From Heterodontus francisci (taxonomy: Eukaryota): a stretch of 64,000 bases of DNA. Of the stretch, positions 13,421 through 24,990 are shown piece by piece; the first letter of the stretch is position 1, and each line of letters begins with the position of its first letter. The notes below the pieces were generated by a model. It was not told the origin of the DNA. It saw only the letters and a program-made list of their open reading frames with translations, and did no database searches. Position numbers and translations under genes: made by a program. Where the stretch lies: positions 930,001 to 994,000 of the forward strand of contig NW_027140453.1 in NCBI RefSeq assembly GCF_036365525.1. The letters run 5' to 3'.

Positions 13421-15391
13421 TTAAACATCCATCAAGCTATTCCTTTCTCTTTCACTTTCTCCATCACTTTCTCCATCAGCTATCACTTTCTCCATCAGCC
13501 TGCCATGGGGAACCTTATCAAACGCCTTACTGAAGTCCATGTATATGTCATCGACAGCCCTTCCCTCATCAATCAACTTTGTCACTTCCTCAAAGAATTC
13601 TATTAAGTTGGTAAGACATGACCTTCCCTGCACAAAACCATGTTGCCTATCACTGATGAGCCCATTTTCTTCCAAATGGGAATAGATCCTATCCCTCAGT
13701 ATCTTCTCCAGCATCTTCCCTACCACTGACGTCAGGCTCACCGGTCTATAATTACCTGGATTATCCCTGCTACCCTTCTTAAACAAGGGGACAATATTAA
13801 CAATTCTCCAGTCCTCCGGGACCTCACCCGTGTTTAAGGATGCTGCAAAGATATCTGTTAAGGCCCCAGCTATTTCCTCTCTCGCTTCCCTCAGTAACCT
13901 GGGATAGATCCCATCCGGACCTGGGGACTTGTCCACCTTAATGCCCTTTAGAATACCCAACACTTCCTCCCTCCTTATGCCGACTTGACCTAGAGTAATC
14001 AAACATCTGTTCCTAACCTCAACATCCGTCATGTCCCTCTCCTCGGTGAATACCGATGCAAAGTACTCGTTTAGAATCTCACCCATTTTCTCTGAGTCCA
14101 AGCATAACATTCCTCCTTTGTCCTTTAGTGGGCCAATCCTTTCTCTAGTTACCCTCTTTCTCCTTATATATGAATAAAAGGCTTTGGGATTTTCCTTAAC
14201 CCTGTTTGCTAAAGATATTTCATGACCCCTTTTAGCCCTCTTAATTCCTCGTTTCAGATTGGTCCTACATTCCCGATATTCTTTCAAAGCTTCGTCTTTC
14301 ATCAGCCGCCGAGACCTTATGTATGCTTCCTTTTTCCTCTTAGCTAGTCTCACAATTTCACCTGTCATCCATGGTTCCCTAATCTTGCCATTTCTGTCCC
14401 TCATTTTCACAGGAACATGTCTCTCCTGCACGCTAATCAACCTCTCTTTAAAAGCCTCCCACATATCACATGTGGATTTACCTTCAAACAGCTGCTCCCA
14501 ATCTACATTTCCCAGCTCCTGCCGAATTTTGGTATAGTTGGCCTTCCCCCAATTTAGCACTCTTCCTTTAGGACCATTCTCGTCTTTGTCCATGAGTATT
14601 TTAAAGCTTACGGAATTGTGATCACTATTCCCAAAGTAGTCCCCTACTGAAACTTCAACAACCTGGCCGGGCTCATTCCCCAACACCAGGTCCAGTATGG
14701 CCCCTTCCCGAGTTGGACTATTTACATACTGCTCTAGAAAACCCTCCTGGATGCTCCTTACAAATTCTGCTCCATCTGGACCTCTAACACTAAGTGAATC
14801 CCAGTCAATGTTGGGAAAATTAAAATCTCCTATCACCACCACCCTGTTGCTCCTACATCTTTCCATAATCTGTTTACATATTTGTACCTCTATCTCACGC
14901 TCGCTGTTGGGAGGCCTGTAGTACAGCCCCAACATTGTTACCGCACCCTTCCTATTTCTGAGTTCTGTCCATATTGCCTCACTGCTCGAGTCCTCCATAG
15001 TGCCCTCCTTCAGCACAGCTGTGATATCCTCTTTGACCAGTAATGCAACTCCTCCACCCCTTTTACCTCCCTCTCTATCCCGCCTGAAGCATCGATATCC
15101 TGGGATATTTAGTTGCCAATCATGCCCTTCCCTCAACCAAGTCTCAGTAATAGCAATAACTTCATACTCCCAGGTACTAATCCAAGCCCTAAGTTCATCT
15201 GCCTTACCTACTACACTTCTTGCATTAAAACAAATGCACCTCAGACCACCAGTCCCTTTATATTCATCATCTGCTCCCTGCCTGCTCTTCCCCTTAGTCA
15301 CACTGACTTCATTATCTAGTTCCTTACAGGCTTTTGTTACTACCTCCTTACTGTCAACTGACCTCAATTGGTTCCCATCCCCCTGCCACAT
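13421..15391 (-). CDS. CR1 ORF2: APE endonuclease plus N-terminal reverse transcriptase (truncated)
   Basis: FNARS, ITETWL, GDFNFP and SDH endonuclease motifs; KSPGPDG, NYRPVSLTS, QHGF and YMDFSKAFDKV RT motifs; no F/YADD region. Confidence 0.93.
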   Translation of the reverse strand: MWQGDGNQLRSVDSKEVVTKACKELDNEVSVTKGKSRQGADDEYKGTGGLRCICFNARSVVGKADELRAWISTWEYEVIAITETWLREGHDWQLNIPGYRCFRRDREGGKRGGGVALLVKEDITAVLKEGTMEDSSSEAIWTELRNRKGAVTMLGLYYRPPNSEREIEVQICKQIMERCRSNRVVVIGDFNFPNIDWDSLSVRGPDGAEFVRSIQEGFLEQYVNSPTREGAILDLVLGNEPGQVVEVSVGDYFGNSDHNSVSFKILMDKDENGPKGRVLNWGKANYTKIRQELGNVDWEQLFEGKSTCDMWEAFKERLISVQERHVPVKMRDRNGKIREPWMTGEIVRLAKRKKEAYIRSRRLMKDEALKEYRECRTNLKRGIKRAKRGHEISLANRVKENPKAFYSYIRRKRVTRERIGPLKDKGGMLCLDSEKMGEILNEYFASVFTEERDMTDVEVRNRCLITLGQVGIRREEVLGILKGIKVDKSPGPDGIYPRLLREAREEIAGALTDIFAASLNTGEVPEDWRIVNIVPLFKKGSRDNPGNYRPVSLTSVVGKMLEKILRDRIYSHLEENGLISDRQHGFVQGRSCLTNLIEFFEEVTKLIDEGRAVDDIYMDFSKAFDKVPHGRLMEKVIADGESDGESERERNSLMDV

Positions 15392-16338
15392 TAGTTTAAA
15401 CCCTCCCCAACAGCGTTAGCAAAAGCACCTCCAAGGACATTGGTTCCAGTCCGGCCCAGGTGTAGACCGTCCAATTTGTAATAGTCCCACCTCCCCCAGA
15501 ACTGGTCCCAATGTCCCAAAAATCTGAACCCCTCCTTCCTGCACCATCTCTCAAGCCATGCATTCATCCTGACTATTCTTTCATTTTTACTCTGACGATC
15601 ACGTGGCACTGGTAGTAATCCTGAGATTACTACCTCTGAGGTCCTACTTTTTAACTTGGCTCCTAACTCCCTAAACTCTGCTTGTAGGACCTCATCCCGT
15701 TTTTTACCTATATCATTAGTGCCTATGTGCACAATGACAACTGGCTGTTCACCCTCCCCCTTTAGAATGTTCTGCAGCCGATCTGAGACGTCCCTGACCC
15801 GTGCACCTGGGAGGCAACATACCATTCGGGAGCCTCGTTTTCGACCACAGAACCGCCTATCTACTCCCCTTACAATCGAATCCCCTACGACTATAGCCCT
15901 TCCACTCTTTTTCCCGCCCTTCTGAACAGCAGAGCCAGCCACGGTGCCATGGACCTGGCTACTGCTGCCTTCCCCTGGTGAGCCATCTCCCTCAACAGTA
16001 TCCAAAACGGTATACTTGTTTTGGAGGGAGATGACCGCAGGGGACTCCTGAGCTGCCTTCCTGCTCTTTCTCTGCCTTTTGGTCACCCATTCCCTTTCTC
16101 CCTCAGCAATCCTAATCTGCGGTGTGACCAATTCACTAAACGTGCTATCCACGACCTCCTCAGCATCGCGCATGCTCCAAAGTGAGTCCATCCGCAGCTC
16201 GAGAGCCGTCATGCGGTCTAACAAGAGCTGCAGCTGGACACAATTCCTGCACGTGAAGGAGTCAGGGTCATCAGCCATGTCCCTGAGCTCCCACATTGAG
16301 CAAGAGGAGCATGATACGGGTCTGAGATCTCCTGCCAT
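15391..16338 (-). CDS. CR1 ORF1: C4 zinc finger plus SGNH/GDSL esterase domain
   Basis: CSSC...CRNC; IVVGDSIVRG, VHIGTNDIG and DGLHL motifs; stop overlaps ORF2 ATG (TAATG). Confidence 0.92.
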   Translation of the reverse strand: MAGDLRPVSCSSCSMWELRDMADDPDSFTCRNCVQLQLLLDRMTALELRMDSLWSMRDAEEVVDSTFSELVTPQIRIAEGEREWVTKRQRKSRKAAQESPAVISLQNKYTVLDTVEGDGSPGEGSSSQVHGTVAGSAVQKGGKKSGRAIVVGDSIVRGVDRRFCGRKRGSRMVCCLPGARVRDVSDRLQNILKGEGEQPVVIVHIGTNDIGKKRDEVLQAEFRELGAKLKSRTSEVVISGLLPVPRDRQSKNERIVRMNAWLERWCRKEGFRFLGHWDQFWGRWDYYKLDGLHLGRTGTNVLGGAFANAVGEGLN

Positions 16339-16520
16339 TTTTAATCTTAAGTTTAAACTTAGTTAAATGAAAAAGGAACGAAAAGTTTTTACCAATCACA
16401 ATAAAACCAGAGAAATCGAAAAAGCCTTACCTTATAAACACCCCACCGAGTCCTTTTTTTTTGGTTAGAGGAGGAGGGCGGGTGGGAGACACTACAAGTG
16501 TGGTATCTCGGGTTCAGAAA

Positions 16521-17480
16521 CCGCCCAAATATATAGTGTTTTACTTACCCAGCAGCCCCCTGGCCTCCGCGGAAAAACAAAAGGAAATTAAATTTACTTT
16601 CAAACTGACTTTCCCAGCTGCTCACTCGCTCACACTCTGCTCCCGAAAAAGCTGCTGCACTGAAAGGAAAGTTATTTTAAACCGCCCAAATATATAGTGT
16701 TTTACTTACCCAGCAGCCCCCGGCCTCCGCCGAAAAACAAAAGGATTTTAAATTTACTTTCAAACTGACTTTCCCAGCTGCTCACTCGCTCACACTCTGC
16801 TCCCGAAAAAGCTGCTACACTGAAAGGAAAGTTATTTTAAACCGCCCAAATATATAGTGTTTTACTTACCCAGCAGCCCCCTGGCCTCCGCCGAAAAACA
16901 AAAGGATTTTAAATTTACTTTCAAACTGACTTTCCCAGCTGCTCACTCGCTCACACTCTGCTCCCGAAAAAGCTGCTGCACTGAAAGGAAAGTTATTTTA
17001 AACCGCCCAATTATATAGTGTTTTACTTACCCAGCAGCCCCCTGGCCTCCGCGGAAAAACAAAAGGAAATTAAATTTACTTTCAAACTGACTTTCCCAGC
17101 TGCTCACTCGCTCACACTCTGCTCCCGAAAAAGCTGCTGCACTGAAAGGAAAGTTATTTTAAACCGCCCAAATATATAGTGTTTTACTTACCCAGCAGCC
17201 CCTGGCCTCCGCCGAAAAACAAAAGGATTTTAAATTTACTTTCAAACTGACTTTCCCAGCTGCTCACTCGCTCACACTCTGCTCCCGAAAAAGCTGCTGC
17301 ACTGAAAGGAAAGTTATTTTAAACCGCCCAAATATATAGTGTTTTACTTACCCAGCAGCCCCCGGCCTCCGCCGAAAAACAAAAGGAAATTAAATTTACT
17401 TTCAAACTGACTTTCCCAGCTGCTCACTCGCTCACACTCTGCTCCCGAAAAAGCTGCTGCACTGAAAGGAAAGTTATTTT
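16521..17480 (-). repeat. Six tandem ~160-161-bp monomers upstream of CR1 ORF1
   Basis: ccgcccaa unit starts at 16521, 16682, 16842, 17003, 17164 and 17324; units nearly identical. Confidence 0.95.
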
Positions 17481-17975
17481 CAGTACTGAGGGAGTGCTGC
17501 ACTGTTGGAAGGTCAGTACTGAGGGAATGTTACATTGTCGGAGCGTCAGTACTGAGGGAGCGCTGCACTTTCAGAGGGGCAGTACTGAGGGAGTGCTGCA
17601 CTGTCAGAGGGTCTGTACTGAGTGAGTGCTGCACTGTCAGGATGCCCTCTTTCAGATGTCACATTAAACAGAGACTCCATCCTCTTACTCCCGTGGATAT
17701 AAACGATCCCATTGGACTATTTTGAAGAACAGCAGGGGAGTTCTCCTTGGTGTCCTGGCCAATAATTATCCCTCCATCAACGTCATTAAAATAGATTACC
17801 TGGTCATTCTCACATTGCTGTTTGTGGGAGCTTGCTGTGCACAAATCAGCTGCCATGATTCTTACATTACAACAGTGACTACACTGCAGCAAAACAAGCA
17901 TTTCATTGGCTGTGACGCACTTTGGCAGGTGGTCGTGAGGGACGATATAAAATAGCCTGTCAATAACTCCCTCTT
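17481..17975 (+). mobile_element. DeuSINE (SacSINE1/AmnSINE1-like) with ~33-bp cagtactgagggagtgctgcactg tandem repeats; 5' head missing
   Basis: Deu-domain-like core and typical tail (ttcctacattacaacagtgactacac-like, cattggctgt) recognised from memory. Confidence 0.75.
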
Positions 17976-18829
17976 TCTATTTGATATTGAAAGTCCAAGT
18001 GAATCGCTGTTTCACCTGGAAGGAGAGTTTGGGGTCCTGGACGGTTGCTGACATATTGAAGCACTTTATCGTGAGAATGATCTGTCTGGGACACTCAGTG
18101 TCCATTTATGTTCTAATATACACAGCCTATTGCTCAAAACTGACACATTACTGATATGGGAGGTATTTATCCTGTGAATATTTTCTGTCGGATACTCAGT
18201 GTCCATTAATCTGAGAGGATACAGAGCACATTGCCACAATATGACCCAGTACTGATGTCGTGCCAGTCAGATGAGTCTCACAGACTGAGGACAATGGACT
18301 GTTTAGATCAGAGGCACAGATAGGATCTCCCGAAAAGGCACCGGTACATATTCAGGTACATAGGCAAACAAGAGTGAAGACAGCCAGAGAGGGAGAGAGA
18401 GAGAGAGGGAGAGAGCTGTGAGAGTCGCTGTGTAACCAGGAAATGTGACATTGTGAAGCCTCTGCCCAGCTATCAATGGACCAGAGACTGACTGCTGGTC
18501 ACACCCTAACATTGGGACAATGATGGGACTGCGATGGGCTCTGTATTTAAATTTCAAGTCAAACATTGCCAAGGGTGTATTTCTCGAAGCATTAATCTGT
18601 ATATCTGAGGGAGTTATTGATAGGCTATTGTCAAATACTGACCCATTACTGATATGGCTGGGATTAATATCAGAACCATAGCTAGGGGCTGATGGATTCA
18701 AACATGGAATTCTGGGAAAGCTGGGCACAGCTTGTTCCAGGATTTCGGAGAGGAAAGGGAGGTTGGAGATGGGTCAGTATTTTGTAAGGACAGAGGAGTC
18801 AAGGGTTGCTTCTTTTGAAGGAGTCATCG

Positions 18830-20400
18830 AGTCATTTACGGCACTGAAGAAGGCCATTCGGAACATCGGGTCCATGCTGGCTCTCCACGGTGCTGTGCAA
18901 TCAGTGCACTCCCCTGGCTCGATCCCTGTAGCCCTGTAAGTCTATTTCTCTCAGGTGGCTATCCGACTATCTCTTGAAGTCATTGATCATCTTCGCTTCC
19001 ACCATCCTGTGGGCAGTGAGTTCCAGGTCATTAACACCCTTAGTGCAAATAAAATTCTTCCTTATATTCCCTGCATCTCTAACCCAAACCTTCAACCTCC
19101 TTATTGTACCATTAGTTAATGGGAACCAGTTTTCCTTGTCTGAGTTATCTGTACCCAATGCCTTTATTTATGAAGCCCAAGATCCCACATGCTTTCCTAA
19201 CCAAGCTCTCACTATGTCCTGCCATTTTCAAAGATGTGTGCACATACACCCCCAGGTCCCTCTGTCCCTGCACACTCTTTACAACTGTGCCATTAAGTAT
19301 ATATTGTCTCTCCCTATTCCTTCTGCTAAAATGCATCACCTCACACTTGTCAGAATGAAATTCCATTGGTCACCTTTCTGCCCATTCTGCTCGTCTATCT
19401 ATGACCTGATCCAGGCAGTTCATATCATCTTCACTGTTTGCTGCACCTCCAGGTTTGGTGTGGAGAGCAAATTTTGAGATTCTGCTCTGTATTTCAAGAT
19501 CCAAGTCATTTATATGTTGCAGAAAAAGCAGTGGTCCCAGCACTGACCCATGGGGGAACACCAGTGACTACCATCCCTCAGTCAAAAAAGCAACCATTTA
19601 CTACGATTCGCTGTTTCCTGTCCTGACGGCACTTTTTCACCCAAATGAACACTGACCCTCTCATCCATGAGCCTCAGTTGTGTTAACCAGCATTTTATGG
19701 GGTACCTTGTCAAACGCTTTCTTAAAATCCACATAAACAACATCCACCACATTCACTCCATCGACCTTCTCTGTTGCTTCATCAAAGAATTCAATTAGAT
19801 TAGTCAATAATGTTCAGCCTTTTGAAAATCCATGCTGGCTACCCTTAATTAAACTCGAACCTCTCCAACCGTCTATTGATTTTTCTCTGATTATTGTTTC
19901 TAGAACCAAACCCATCACTGATGTTAAACTAAGTGGCCTGTAGTTGCTCGGACTGTCCTTACACCCTTTCTTCAATAAGGGTTTGCCACTCTGTCGTCTC
20001 TGGCACCTCCCCCATAACCAGGGAAGATTTGAAGATGACGGCAAGCCCTTCTTCTATCTCTACCCTCCACTTCCTTTCACAACCTGTGATGCAAGTTATC
20101 TGAACCAGGTGACTTATCCACCCAAAGCATAGCCAGCCCTTTTAGTACCAGCTCTCAATTGTTATCCTATCCATTGCCTCTACTCTCTCTGCTTCTATAG
20201 ATAATTTTCAGCCTCCAGTTCCTTCGGGAACACTGATACAAAGTTCTCATTAAGTATATTAGCTTTGCCCTGTGCCTCAAAGCACATATTACTCTCTCCG
20301 TCCTTACTTGACCCCTCTTTACCTCTTACTACTCACTTACTATTTACGTGCTGGTAGAAGATCTTTGAGCCCCTTTTATGAATCTCCCTCTCCCCTTTCC
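18830..20400 (-). mobile_element. Degenerate CR1 LINE (RT and 3' end)
   Basis: NYRPLSLTS, GSVLGPLLF and MEFHSDKCEV peptides on minus strand with frameshifts. Confidence 0.85.
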
Positions 20401-20509
20401 ACATTGAGGCTGAAATGGGCTTTGTTTGCAACAATTACATCATCCAGGTCTGATCAGATACTCGGAGCTTTTGTGAACGAATTCCCATCAACCTCAACAA
20501 GTTGTGCAA

Positions 20510-20960
20510 TTTCCCCATTTGTCAGTGTTTTACCCCCTTCTGATGTTGTTCAATTTGTTAGTGTTTTTCCCCTGCTGAAGTTGTTGCTGTATTTGTTGTT
20601 TTTTTCACTGAAGTTGTTGTTGAACCTGTTGGTGTCTTTGCCCAGCTGAAGTTGCTGCTGCATTGCTTGATGTACTTCCCTAAAGTTGTTGGTGAAGTTG
20701 TAGGTGTTTCCCCTGCTGACGTTGTGAGAATAGTAGTTGTTTTTTTCCTCCCCGCTTCCCCTAATGTTGCTGGATTTGTTGGTGATTGCTTCCTGAAGTT
20801 GTTGTTGGATTTGTTGGTGTAATCTTCCTGTTGAAGTTGTTGTGATGTTTGTTTTTAATTCTCCTGAAGAAGTTGTTGAATTTGTTGGTGTCGTTCTGCT
20901 CCTGACGTTGTTGTATTTGTTGTTCTTTTCCCCCATCCTGAAGTAGTTGTTGAATTCCCC
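20510..20960 (-). repeat. CAA-rich minisatellite (GTT on +), ~33-bp degenerate unit
   Basis: Repeated ctgaagttgttgttgaatttgttggtgtttt. Confidence 0.85.
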
Positions 20961-21179
20961 TGTTCCTCCTGAACATGTTACACTCACCACCCCTCATGAC
21001 TCAGCTTACACTGTAACTGTATCCCTGAGTGAAATCTCTCTAATGTGCAGGTAATATCTGCTTCCAGCGTCTCCCTGGGACCCTGTTCCACAGAGCGACC
21101 TCCTGCTCATTGAAATAACCTTTCTGCAGGTTCGTTTCCAGGTCAAATAATTAAAACATTAAGTAACTATTACAACAAA

Positions 21180-21790
21180 GAGTATTGTCCCTTTTCCCTC
21201 AAGGGGGCTGGAATAGAAAGCGCTGGATGTTGTGTTACTGTTGTATGCAGCTCGGATTAGACCCCTTCTGGAGAAACCATGTTCAGTTCTGTGCATCAAA
21301 ACTCAGGAAGGATGTCTCAGCCTTGGAGGTAATGACACCAGGTCTAAAAGGGTTAAATTAGCTTCACAGTTTGCATGGCCTAATGTTATATTCTCTTAAG
21401 TGTAGGAGATTAAAGGGTGATCTCATTGAAATATTTAGGATGATTAAAGGATTCGATGGTGTTAATGGACAGAAACAATTTCCTCTGCTGGGGGAGTCCA
21501 GGGCAAGGTGGGGTGGGGCTGTTCAGGAGTGATGTCAGGAAACGCTGGTTCACACAGCTGGTAGTGGAAATCTGGAATTTTCTCCCTCAAAAGCTCGACA
21601 GATGGGGGTGTGAGGGGGGTTAATCAGACATTACAAAGCAGAGCTTGCTAAATTGATGTTAGGTGAGGGTATTAAATGATATGGAACCCAGATGGGCAAA
21701 TGGAAATAAGTTGTAGATGATCCATGATCTCCCTGAATGGCGGAACAAGCTTGAATGGGCCGAATGGCCCATTCCTGCTGCCAGGATTTC
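21180..21790 (+). mobile_element. Degenerate CR1 3' fragment
   Basis: Similar to CR1 ORF2 C-terminus; ends gggccgaatggcccattcctgct. Confidence 0.7.
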
Positions 21791-22169
21791 TCATTTTCCT
21801 CTGTCAGGATTTGAGTGAGCTGGATTATCCAGGGTGGAAGCACTGACCAGAAAAGAATGGAGCAGCACGAGGTTTGGGGAATGCTGGGCAGACCCACCAT
21901 GCACAGTCACATCCCTTCTGATACCATCCCTCAGCAATCATTTAAGAGTGAGTGTTCCCTCCCAGAACAAAAACACTGGATTTCCATGATCAGATGGGAA
22001 AGTCATTCCAGCAAAATCAAAACCTTCTTGAGACGGTCATGTTCAGCGTTCATAGATGTGTTGAGCAGACAGAGACTGCAATAAAACTTTAAAGACACAG
22101 TTTACAATCAGATTTACAATCACACCGGGTGGTCAGGGAGTCAAACACGTTAAAAACACGTTAAACACG

Positions 22170-22850
22170 GAAAAACACCAAAACATTCAGCAACAACCTC
22201 AACAGGAAAAACACCAACAAATTCAACAATAACTTCAGGAGAAAAACAACAACATCGAGAAAAAACACCAATAGATTCAACATCAAATTTAGCAGGAGAC
22301 AAACAGGAAAAAATACAAAAACAACTGCACCAGAAAAATAACCCACGAACAAGCTCAGCAATAACTTTAACAGGAGAAAAATAAAGTACGAATAAAATCA
22401 ACAACAACTTCAACAGGAGAAAAACACCAACAAAGTCAACAACAACTTTAGCAGGAGAAAAACACCAACAAATTCAACAACAACCTCAAGGGGAAAAGCA
22501 CCAACAAATTCAACAACAAGAAAAACACCAACAAATTCAACAATAACTTCAGCAGGAGAAAACAACAACAAATTCAAAACAACAACCTCAACAGGGAAAA
22601 CACCATCAAATTCAACAACAACTTCAACAGGAAAAACATCAACAAATTCAACAACAACTTCAGCAGGAGAAAAACACCAACAATTTCAATAACAACCTCA
22701 ACAGGAAAAACACCAAAAAATTCAACAACAACCTCAACAGGAAAAAAAGCAACAAATGCAACAACAACTTCAACAGGAAAAACACCAACAAAGTCAACAA
22801 CAACTTCAGCTGGAGAAAAAAACAACAAATTCAACAACAACCTCAGCAGG
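22170..22850 (+). repeat. CAA-rich minisatellite, ~33-bp unit
   Basis: Repeated aacaacaacttcagcaggagaaaaacaccaacaaattc. Confidence 0.9.
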
Positions 22851-22969
22851 CTCTGCACGTTGTCTGTTCGTGGGATCTTGCCTTGTAGAAACTGGCTGCC
22901 ACACTTCCTGCATTACAGCAGTGGCTGTACTTCGAAACAGTCGCAAAGAATATGGGAATAGCAAAACAT

Positions 22970-23900
22970 ATGAGATTAGCAAAACTGTGAGATCTTGGGC
23001 TTCATAAATAGCGGCAGAGCCTACAAAATATGGGAAGTTATGCTGAATCTTTATAAAGCTCTAGTTAGGCCACAACTGGACAATTGCATCCAGTTCTGGT
23101 CACCACACTTTAGGAAGGAGGTGAGTTTCCTTGAGAGGGTGCAGAGGAGATTTACCAGAATGGTTCCAGGGATGGGGGATTTTAGTTACAAGGTTAGGTT
23201 GGAAAACCTGGAGAAAATGAGATTGAGTGGAGACCTGATAGAGGTGTGCAAGATTGTGACAGGTTTAGATGAGGATCACAAAGAAAAGCTGCTCCTCACC
23301 CAGGAGTCAGTTCCCCAGCTCCACTGACTAGTCCCACAGTGTTGGTGTTCATGCTCCTCGCTCCAGCTGCAGGGAATTTACAGCACAGAAACAGACCATT
23401 CGGCCAGACACGTCCATGTAGGCCTTTTTGGTCCACACGAACATCGTTCCACGCCCTCTTCATCTCGCCCCCAGCCGCATCTCCTTCTGTTCCTCTCTCC
23501 CTCATGTCCGATGCAGCTTCCCCATCCCCCCAAGCTTAAATACATCTTGCCTATTCCTCTCAGCCTGTGGTAATGAGTTCCACATTCTCCCCACTCTCTG
23601 GGTGAAGATGTTTCTCCCGAATTCCAAATTGGATTTATTGGTGACTGTCTTATATTGATGACCCCTCCCCCTTTTTCTGGTCTCACCTGCAAATGGAAAA
23701 AATCTTCTCCACAATAATGTGATCAAAACCCGTTTCATAATCTTAAAGAGCTCTATCAGGTCACTCCTCAGCCTTCTCTTTTCTGGAGAAAAGAGCCCCA
23801 GTCTATTCAGTCTTTTCCTGATCATTATAACCTCTCAGTTCTGATATCATCCTTGAACATCTTTCTGTGTCTTCTTCATGTCGAAGACATGTTCACACTG
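22970..23900. mobile_element. Two CR1 fragments (22970-23300 on +, 23380-23900 on -)
   Basis: LYKALVRPQL..FWSP peptide on +; LGLFSPEKRRLRSDLIE peptide on -. Confidence 0.8.
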
Positions 23901-23964
23901 CAGTAGATAAACCCAACAGGATACAGAGCTGCAGGCTTTTATCTGAAACAGGTGTTTCTGTTGG

Positions 23965-24003
23965 TGTTTTTGTTGAACTGCTCCATCTCTCTGAGTCACT
24001 GTG
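23965..24003 (-). other. 23-RSS of inverted V segment
   Basis: Minus strand CACAGTG (24003-23997), 23-nt spacer, ACAAAAACA (23973-23965). Confidence 0.95.
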
Positions 24004-24496
24004 CAGACTCCAGGCACAGAAATACAGCGCCGAGCGATTCTCCTGCAGGCTGGAGGACTCCAGGTTGAACTGGGAACCAGTCGGTCGTTTGGCAGTGAAA
24101 CCCTCCACCGTCCCTTCTGAGTTCACACTTGGTGTAACTGCGGAGTAAAACATCAGCCGCAGCTCCTTCCCCAGGTCCTGTCTGTACCAGAACATGTAAC
24201 CGCTACTCTGGCCCTCCACACGGCACTCCAGTCCCACTCCCTCCCCAGGAAATCTGGAGACGGCGGTGGGAGTCTGGCGGACCCTCGCTGAGATCGCGCC
24301 TGAAGGAAGAGACCGGGAGAGAAGAAGGTCAGTGAACAGGGACAATCTGGGATGTGAAGAATGAAGGAAGGAGAGAAAGATAGAGAGAAAGAAAATAAGA
24401 AAGAGAGCTGTTAACACAAACAATGGGGGTGTGGGGTGGAGGTGAGAAAGATCCCTTACTTTGAAATAAGACCATGAGACTCAGTAACAGATACAT
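24004..24496 (-). CDS. TRBV: TCR (beta) V segment, inverted, apparently functional; leader 24496-24460, V exon 24299-24004
   Basis: Spliced product MYLLLSLMVLFQSAISARVRQTP..LECRVEGQSSGYMFWYRQ..ALYFCAWSL; GT/AG phase-1 intron; C23, W41 and C104 intact. Confidence 0.92.
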
Positions 24497-24649
24497 CTTC
24501 CACTGGAAGCTTATCCTGCAATTGGGAAATCAGTGGAAAGAAGAGAGTTGAGTCTTGTGAGAAGCCACATGAAGACTCAAGCAAGTGATTCAGGTTTGTC
24601 CAACACCTTCCTACCTTCCTACCACGCCCCGCTCTCTACCATTGGCTGC

Positions 24650-24990
24650 CAGTAGTTGCTGTTGCATTTGTTGGTATAGATCTGCTGCTGAAGTTGTTGT
24701 TGTATTTGTTGTTGTATTTGCTGGTGCTTTTCTCCGACTGAGGTTGTTGAATTTGTTAGTGCTTGAATCTTCTGCTGATCTGTTGTTGAATTTGTTGGTG
24801 TTTGAATCTCCTGCTGATATGTTGTTGAATTTGTTGGCGTTGTTTTCCTTTTGAGGTCGTTGTTGTGTTTGTTGGTGTTTTCCCTGCTGAGGTTTTTGTT
24901 GTACTTGTTTCCTTCCCTGCTTCAGTTGTTGTTCAATTTGGTTTTTCATGTTGTTGTATTTTTTGGAGTTTTTTCCCCCCTGCTGAGGTT
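24650..24990 (-). repeat. CAA-rich minisatellite directly upstream of the inverted V promoter
   Basis: GTT-rich on +; same family as the 20.5k, 22.2k and 60.4k arrays. Confidence 0.85.

Larger units (their letters stand above)
13450..17480 (-). mobile_element. Young CR1-clade LINE with intact 5' end (monomer array, ORF1, ORF2 start) but 3'-truncated inside RT
   Basis: Uninterrupted ORF1 and ORF2 up to KVPHGRLMEKV; short tandem duplication (tcactttctccatca x3) at the break. Confidence 0.9.

Noticed and set aside
11467-13480. Idea that the + strand CR1 3' piece is the inverted missing half of the 13.4-17.5-kb LINE
   Set aside because: The 3' piece has several stops and frameshifts in 0.9 kb while the 5' piece has none in 2.9 kb, so ages differ; the geometry is not twin priming
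20550-22858. Asn/Gln/Thr-rich ORFs
   Set aside because: Translations of the CAA minisatellite
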